Source: Convolutriloba macropyga
Lineage: Eukaryota
Direction: 5' to 3'
NCBI RefSeq assembly: GCF_964194025.1
Contig: NW_027451295.1
Span: 1-64,000, forward strand
Length of the DNA stretch: 64,000 nt
In this document: positions 58,456 through 64,000 of the stretch, in pieces
Layout of the letters: every line of letters starts with the position of its first letter
Numbering within the stretch: position 1 is the stretch's first letter
Translations under genes and position numbers: made by a program
The notes under the pieces: model-generated
What the model was told of the DNA's origin: nothing
Databases searched by the model: none
Seen by the model: only the letters and a program-made list of their open reading frames with translations

Positions 58456-59508
58456 ATGGGGCGTGCTGCTGAGGATCTAGCATGGCGCTGGAAGCTTGTT
58501 CTTGAGTATGAGCGAGTGGGAAACTACTCTAAAGTCGCACAACGCCTACTATGCGATGCGAGAGTCGTGAAAAAGTGGGTGCTTCGCTATAAGGAGACTG
58601 GTGATGTGCAAGACAAGGACAGGTCTGGCAGACCCAGTGCAGGGTTGTCAAGGCCTGAGGTGCAGGAACTGCTGAAAGCAGGCATAGAGGATGGGCTGAA
58701 GTGTCCACAACTATCCAACAAGCTGAAGAAGGATATGGGAATCTCTGTGAGCAAGGAAACTGTGAGGTTGCATCTACATGCCAACTTGGGGCGGCCGCTT
58801 CGTCCACGAAAAAAGCCCCAGCTGACAGACAGCCACAAGGCCAAGCGCTTGGCTTTCTGTTTGCAGTGGGTGAACAGGGATTGGTCAAATGTGGCTGTGT
58901 CAGACTCTAAGATCTTTTGGCTCAGTCGAAAGGGCATTGGCAACAAGGTATGGGTGTTGTATGGGGCTGAACCACCTGTGGAGGCTGCGTACAGAGACTG
59001 CACCAAAGTTCATGCTTATGCAGCTGTCACCAGGTGGGGCAAAACTCCACTGTTCTTCACTGCAGGCACCACAGGAATTAAATTCCCATCTAAGGGAGTA
59101 GGTGCTCAGTTATACCTTCAACTATTGGAGCAGCAGTTGGTTCCAGCCATAAGGGAGCTCATGAAGCAATGCAACGGCGTTCAAAGGGGGCGCCCCTGGA
59201 TATTTCAGCAAGATGGGGCCCCAGCCCATAGGGCCAAGGTCACCAAGGCATGGCTAGCACAACAACCTGGCTTCACAGTGATGGAATGGCCCCCTAACAG
59301 CCCAGACTTGAGCTGGATTGAAAACCTATGGAGCGTGGTAGCTAAGCAACTTCACAAAAGGACAGATTTGACACCTCAAAATTTCGCTCAAGCAGTGATT
59401 GAAGAGTGGGATAGGATCCCTAGCAACACCTACATGGCATTGTACAATTCCATTCAGCGAAGGCTGAGGTCTTGTATTGAGAACAATGGAGGGCATACAA
59501 AATACTAG
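58456..59508 (+). CDS. Tc1-like DD35E transposase, copy 21
   Basis: Translation identical to copy 1. Confidence 0.93.
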   Translation: MGRAAEDLAWRWKLVLEYERVGNYSKVAQRLLCDARVVKKWVLRYKETGDVQDKDRSGRPSAGLSRPEVQELLKAGIEDGLKCPQLSNKLKKDMGISVSKETVRLHLHANLGRPLRPRKKPQLTDSHKAKRLAFCLQWVNRDWSNVAVSDSKIFWLSRKGIGNKVWVLYGAEPPVEAAYRDCTKVHAYAAVTRWGKTPLFFTAGTTGIKFPSKGVGAQLYLQLLEQQLVPAIRELMKQCNGVQRGRPWIFQQDGAPAHRAKVTKAWLAQQPGFTVMEWPPNSPDLSWIENLWSVVAKQLHKRTDLTPQNFAQAVIEEWDRIPSNTYMALYNSIQRRLRSCIENNGGHTKY

Positions 59509-59763
59509 GTTGGAAGCATAGCTACCATGATTTTGATGTAAATCTATCAACCTCAGTCAAAAACATGAATCACACAGTGGGTGCGAGGGTTGGCCTAGGT
59601 TTTCAGACCCTTTCTAGGTTTTTACTCCAAGGGGACGCCTCATGTAGTCGGCGCCGCCATTCCACGCTGATGTGCACTCAAAATATCATTGTTATCCTTC
59701 CACCAGTGCCACTTTGTTTGCACGCACAGTTCTCCCGTAAGAATTTCAGTCTCTACGTACACA

Positions 59764-60816
59764 ATGGGGCGTGCTGCTGAGGATCTAGCATGGCGCTGGA
59801 AGCTTGTTCTTGAGTATGAGCGAGTGGGAAACTACTCTAAAGTCGCACAACGCCTACTATGCGATGCGAGAGTCGTGAAAAAGTGGGTGCTTCGCTATAA
59901 GGAGACTGGTGATGTGCAAGACAAGGACAGGTCTGGCAGACCCAGTGCAGGGTTGTCAAGGCCTGAGGTGCAGGAACTGCTGAAAGCAGGCATAGAGGAT
60001 GGGCTGAAGTGTCCACAACTATCCAACAAGCTGAAGAAGGATATGGGAATCTCTGTGAGCAAGGAAACTGTGAGGTTGCATCTACATGCCAACTTGGGGC
60101 GGCCGCTTCGTCCACGAAAAAAGCCCCAGCTGACAGACAGCCACAAGGCCAAGCGCTTGGCTTTCTGTTTGCAGTGGGTGAACAGGGATTGGTCAAATGT
60201 GGCTGTGTCAGACTCTAAGATCTTTTGGCTCAGTCGAAAGGGCATTGGCAACAAGGTATGGGTGTTGTATGGGGCTGAACCACCTGTGGAGGCTGCGTAC
60301 AGAGACTGCACCAAAGTTCATGCTTATGCAGCTGTCACCAGGTGGGGCAAAACTCCACTGTTCTTCACTGCAGGCACCACAGGAATTAAATTCCCATCTA
60401 AGGGAGTAGGTGCTCAGTTATACCTTCAACTATTGGAGCAGCAGTTGGTTCCAGCCATAAGGGAGCTCATGAAGCAATGCAACGGCGTTCAAAGGGGGCG
60501 CCCCTGGATATTTCAGCAAGATGGGGCCCCAGCCCATAGGGCCAAGGTCACCAAGGCATGGCTAGCACAACAACCTGGCTTCACAGTGATGGAATGGCCC
60601 CCTAACAGCCCAGACTTGAGCTGGATTGAAAACCTATGGAGCGTGGTAGCTAAGCAACTTCACAAAAGGACAGATTTGACACCTCAAAATTTCGCTCAAG
60701 CAGTGATTGAAGAGTGGGATAGGATCCCTAGCAACACCTACATGGCATTGTACAATTCCATTCAGCGAAGGCTGAGGTCTTGTATTGAGAACAATGGAGG
60801 GCATACAAAATACTAG
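59764..60816 (+). CDS. Tc1-like DD35E transposase, copy 22
   Basis: Translation identical to copy 1. Confidence 0.93.
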   Translation: MGRAAEDLAWRWKLVLEYERVGNYSKVAQRLLCDARVVKKWVLRYKETGDVQDKDRSGRPSAGLSRPEVQELLKAGIEDGLKCPQLSNKLKKDMGISVSKETVRLHLHANLGRPLRPRKKPQLTDSHKAKRLAFCLQWVNRDWSNVAVSDSKIFWLSRKGIGNKVWVLYGAEPPVEAAYRDCTKVHAYAAVTRWGKTPLFFTAGTTGIKFPSKGVGAQLYLQLLEQQLVPAIRELMKQCNGVQRGRPWIFQQDGAPAHRAKVTKAWLAQQPGFTVMEWPPNSPDLSWIENLWSVVAKQLHKRTDLTPQNFAQAVIEEWDRIPSNTYMALYNSIQRRLRSCIENNGGHTKY

Positions 60817-60882
60817 GTTGGAAGCATAGCTACCATGATTTTGATGTAAATCTATCAACCTCAGTCAAAAACATGAATCACA

Positions 60883-62242
60883 CACTACTCCAATAAAGTT
60901 CATGCAGTATGGATTTTGCAGGGTTAATGGCCACTAAGGGGCATGATGTTCAAAACATCCCCCCAAAGGCTCCTTATGTATGTCTTGCATGAGGCTATGG
61001 GGTATAGGGGCTGTGCATTGGCTATTTGGCTGCAGTAGTGACTGTAAACCAGGGGGTCCTTGAATGTGTTGCATGGAGCTAGACCTCGTTTTTGCCCAAA
61101 ACAAGGCCATTTTCGTGGCCATAGAGCACTTGGGAGGGATGGAGCATGGGAGGGATAACGGGATGGCAGTAATTGCTTGCTTTTGCGCTAGTTGTCCACC
61201 AAGGGACATGCCTAGAAACCATGTGGCCTAGCACCTATGGCAATTACATGTTGGTGTCAGAGGTTTCAGAACTGATGGGGATGAGGGCAGGCCAATGTGG
61301 TGCCTATGGTGGGACCCTATTTCGCGACCCATACCCTAATGAACCTGATTAGGGTGACAATAGGGCCCCACAGTCATCCGTATGAGGCCCTATGAGTATC
61401 ACAGGGTGATTCCAAACCCTTAGGGTTAGGGAGAGATTTAGCCAAAACTGAGCAAAACATGCCAAATTGAGGTTCCCAGCAATTGACATGGGCCATAGAG
61501 GGTCAAGAGCTCAAAGATAGCCAAACCTTCGAATAGAGAAGTTGTGAAGCTATGAATTTTACCCCACATGAAGGGGTAGCTCGCCCACCATGGCCTTGGC
61601 ATGACTCTGCTATGGGGGCCTAGAGACAGTACAATTGAAAGTGCCAAAAACAGAAAATTGGCTGTACAGGCCCAGGGAGGCCTCAGATGGCGATTTTGAC
61701 CGATTTTTTGAGGCATGTGCGTAAACTAAGTTGAAAACTTATGTTTACTTGGGCTTCCCCGCACCCTATGCCACTTTCGGGGCCCCCGTCCGAGCTCTCG
61801 TGGCGAAGATAGCTCTCGGCCGCCCCCCTAAATCCCCTCAAATGCGCCCATCAAACTGGCTGCCCACAACATCCCACGTCCCTCTACCCCATGTCTTCCA
61901 CACTCATTTTTGTGTTCTCTTGGCCATGGAACCTTCACATCTTGAGGTGTGTCGCCGATTTATGGAGTTACTACCATGCCAGAGTCGCCCAAGCCCTGGC
62001 ACAGCCATGTACTACCTAGGTACTGTGAAAGCCAAGTACTGTAACCACCTCAGGTACCTAATACATCACATCATTTAACAACTCAAATCAAGGATTATGA
62101 ACCTGAAATCATGTGAGCTGTAAGCCCTAGGGATAATGTCCACGTGACCTGGATAGGGTCTCAACCCTATCAATGTAAACCCTACAATACCACAATGACC
62201 AAAATGCCCAAAAACACATGCATGAACTTTTTTGGATTAGTG
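60883..62242. mobile_element. Module A copy 5
   Basis: Same as A1; flanked CA|...|TG. Confidence 0.9.
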
Positions 62243-62428
62243 TGGGTGCGAGGGTTGGCCTAGGTTTTCAGACCCTTTCTAGGTTTTTACTCCAAGGGGA
62301 CGCCTCATGTAGTCGGCGCCGCCATTCCACGCTGATGTGCACTCAAAATATCATTGTTATCCTTCCACCAGTGCCACTTTGTTTGCACGCACAGTTCTCC
62401 CGTAAGAATTTCAGTCTCTACGTACACA

Positions 62429-63481
62429 ATGGGGCGTGCTGCTGAGGATCTAGCATGGCGCTGGAAGCTTGTTCTTGAGTATGAGCGAGTGGGAAACTAC
62501 TCTAAAGTCGCACAACGCCTACTATGCGATGCGAGAGTCGTGAAAAAGTGGGTGCTTCGCTATAAGGAGACTGGTGATGTGCAAGACAAGGACAGGTCTG
62601 GCAGACCCAGTGCAGGGTTGTCAAGGCCTGAGGTGCAGGAACTGCTGAAAGCAGGCATAGAGGATGGGCTGAAGTGTCCACAACTATCCAACAAGCTGAA
62701 GAAGGATATGGGAATCTCTGTGAGCAAGGAAACTGTGAGGTTGCATCTACATGCCAACTTGGGGCGGCCGCTTCGTCCACGAAAAAAGCCCCAGCTGACA
62801 GACAGCCACAAGGCCAAGCGCTTGGCTTTCTGTTTGCAGTGGGTGAACAGGGATTGGTCAAATGTGGCTGTGTCAGACTCTAAGATCTTTTGGCTCAGTC
62901 GAAAGGGCATTGGCAACAAGGTATGGGTGTTGTATGGGGCTGAACCACCTGTGGAGGCTGCGTACAGAGACTGCACCAAAGTTCATGCTTATGCAGCTGT
63001 CACCAGGTGGGGCAAAACTCCACTGTTCTTCACTGCAGGCACCACAGGAATTAAATTCCCATCTAAGGGAGTAGGTGCTCAGTTATACCTTCAACTATTG
63101 GAGCAGCAGTTGGTTCCAGCCATAAGGGAGCTCATGAAGCAATGCAACGGCGTTCAAAGGGGGCGCCCCTGGATATTTCAGCAAGATGGGGCCCCAGCCC
63201 ATAGGGCCAAGGTCACCAAGGCATGGCTAGCACAACAACCTGGCTTCACAGTGATGGAATGGCCCCCTAACAGCCCAGACTTGAGCTGGATTGAAAACCT
63301 ATGGAGCGTGGTAGCTAAGCAACTTCACAAAAGGACAGATTTGACACCTCAAAATTTCGCTCAAGCAGTGATTGAAGAGTGGGATAGGATCCCTAGCAAC
63401 ACCTACATGGCATTGTACAATTCCATTCAGCGAAGGCTGAGGTCTTGTATTGAGAACAATGGAGGGCATACAAAATACTAG
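62429..63481 (+). CDS. Tc1-like DD35E transposase, copy 23
   Basis: Translation identical to copy 1. Confidence 0.93.
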   Translation: MGRAAEDLAWRWKLVLEYERVGNYSKVAQRLLCDARVVKKWVLRYKETGDVQDKDRSGRPSAGLSRPEVQELLKAGIEDGLKCPQLSNKLKKDMGISVSKETVRLHLHANLGRPLRPRKKPQLTDSHKAKRLAFCLQWVNRDWSNVAVSDSKIFWLSRKGIGNKVWVLYGAEPPVEAAYRDCTKVHAYAAVTRWGKTPLFFTAGTTGIKFPSKGVGAQLYLQLLEQQLVPAIRELMKQCNGVQRGRPWIFQQDGAPAHRAKVTKAWLAQQPGFTVMEWPPNSPDLSWIENLWSVVAKQLHKRTDLTPQNFAQAVIEEWDRIPSNTYMALYNSIQRRLRSCIENNGGHTKY

Positions 63482-63547
63482 GTTGGAAGCATAGCTACCA
63501 TGATTTTGATGTAAATCTATCAACCTCAGTCAAAAACATGAATCACA

Positions 63548-64000
63548 CACTACTCCAATAAAGTTCATGCAGTATGGATTTTGCAGGGTTAATGGCCACT
63601 AAGGGGCATGATGTTCAAAACATCCCCCCAAAGGCTCCTTATGTATGTCTTGCATGAGGCTATGGGGTATAGGGGCTGTGCATTGGCTATTTGGCTGCAG
63701 TAGTGACTGTAAACCAGGGGGTCCTTGAATGTGTTGCATGGAGCTAGACCTCGTTTTTGCCCAAAACAAGGCCATTTTCGTGGCCATAGAGCACTTGGGA
63801 GGGATGGAGCATGGGAGGGATAACGGGATGGCAGTAATTGCTTGCTTTTGCGCTAGTTGTCCACCAAGGGACATGCCTAGAAACCATGTGGCCTAGCACC
63901 TATGGCAATTACATGTTGGTGTCAGAGGTTTCAGAACTGATGGGGATGAGGGCAGGCCAATGTGGTGCCTATGGTGGGACCCTATTTCGCGACCCATACC
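63548..64000. mobile_element. Module A copy 6 (truncated by the window end)
   Basis: Starts with the left TIR after CA. Confidence 0.9.

Larger units (their letters stand above)
26679..64000 (+). mobile_element. Tandem 'inside-out' Tc1/mariner array: TIR-bounded non-coding module A (x6) interspersed with TIR-less transposase module B (x23); continues past the window end
   Basis: Periods of 2,665 bp (A+B) and 1,308 bp (B+3). The outer left end is preceded by TA (26677-78); B-B junctions carry CAG/CTG scars. Confidence 0.92.

Overview
Eukaryotic genomic DNA, probably from a green alga (inference from GT-AG introns, GC-rich exons and TGTAA poly(A)-type signals). Left part (1-26.7 kb): an intron-containing PRP38B/SRL1-like splicing factor gene with three apparent 1-bp frameshifts; a diverged ~2-2.5 kb duplication carrying two copies of a small secreted His/Asp/Glu-rich EGF-like protein, one of which has lost its C-terminal anchor; a full-length RTE-type LINE with a 17-bp TSD; and nested non-autonomous elements (Helentron/HINE-like, hAT with an 8-bp TSD, Tc1/mariner MITE). 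There is also a 152-N gap. Right part (26,679 to the window end): an unusual 'inside-out' Tc1/mariner array with two modules. Module A (1,360 bp) has 24-bp TIRs (CACTA...TAGTG) but no credible ORF. Module B (1,305 bp, TG...CA ends) has no TIRs but encodes an intact 350-aa DD35E transposase. The order is TA|A-B-A-B10-A-B4-A-B7-A-B-A(partial): 23 transposase copies with identical translations and 6 A modules. At all 18 B-B junctions, A is replaced by a 3-bp scar (CTG x9, CAG x9), the footprint expected from cutting at A's ends with 2-nt overhangs and rejoining through a central A:A mismatch. The transposase gene therefore lies outside its presumed TIRs, and the array appears to record excision or circularisation events. 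All alignments were done by eye, and novelty has not been checked against any database.
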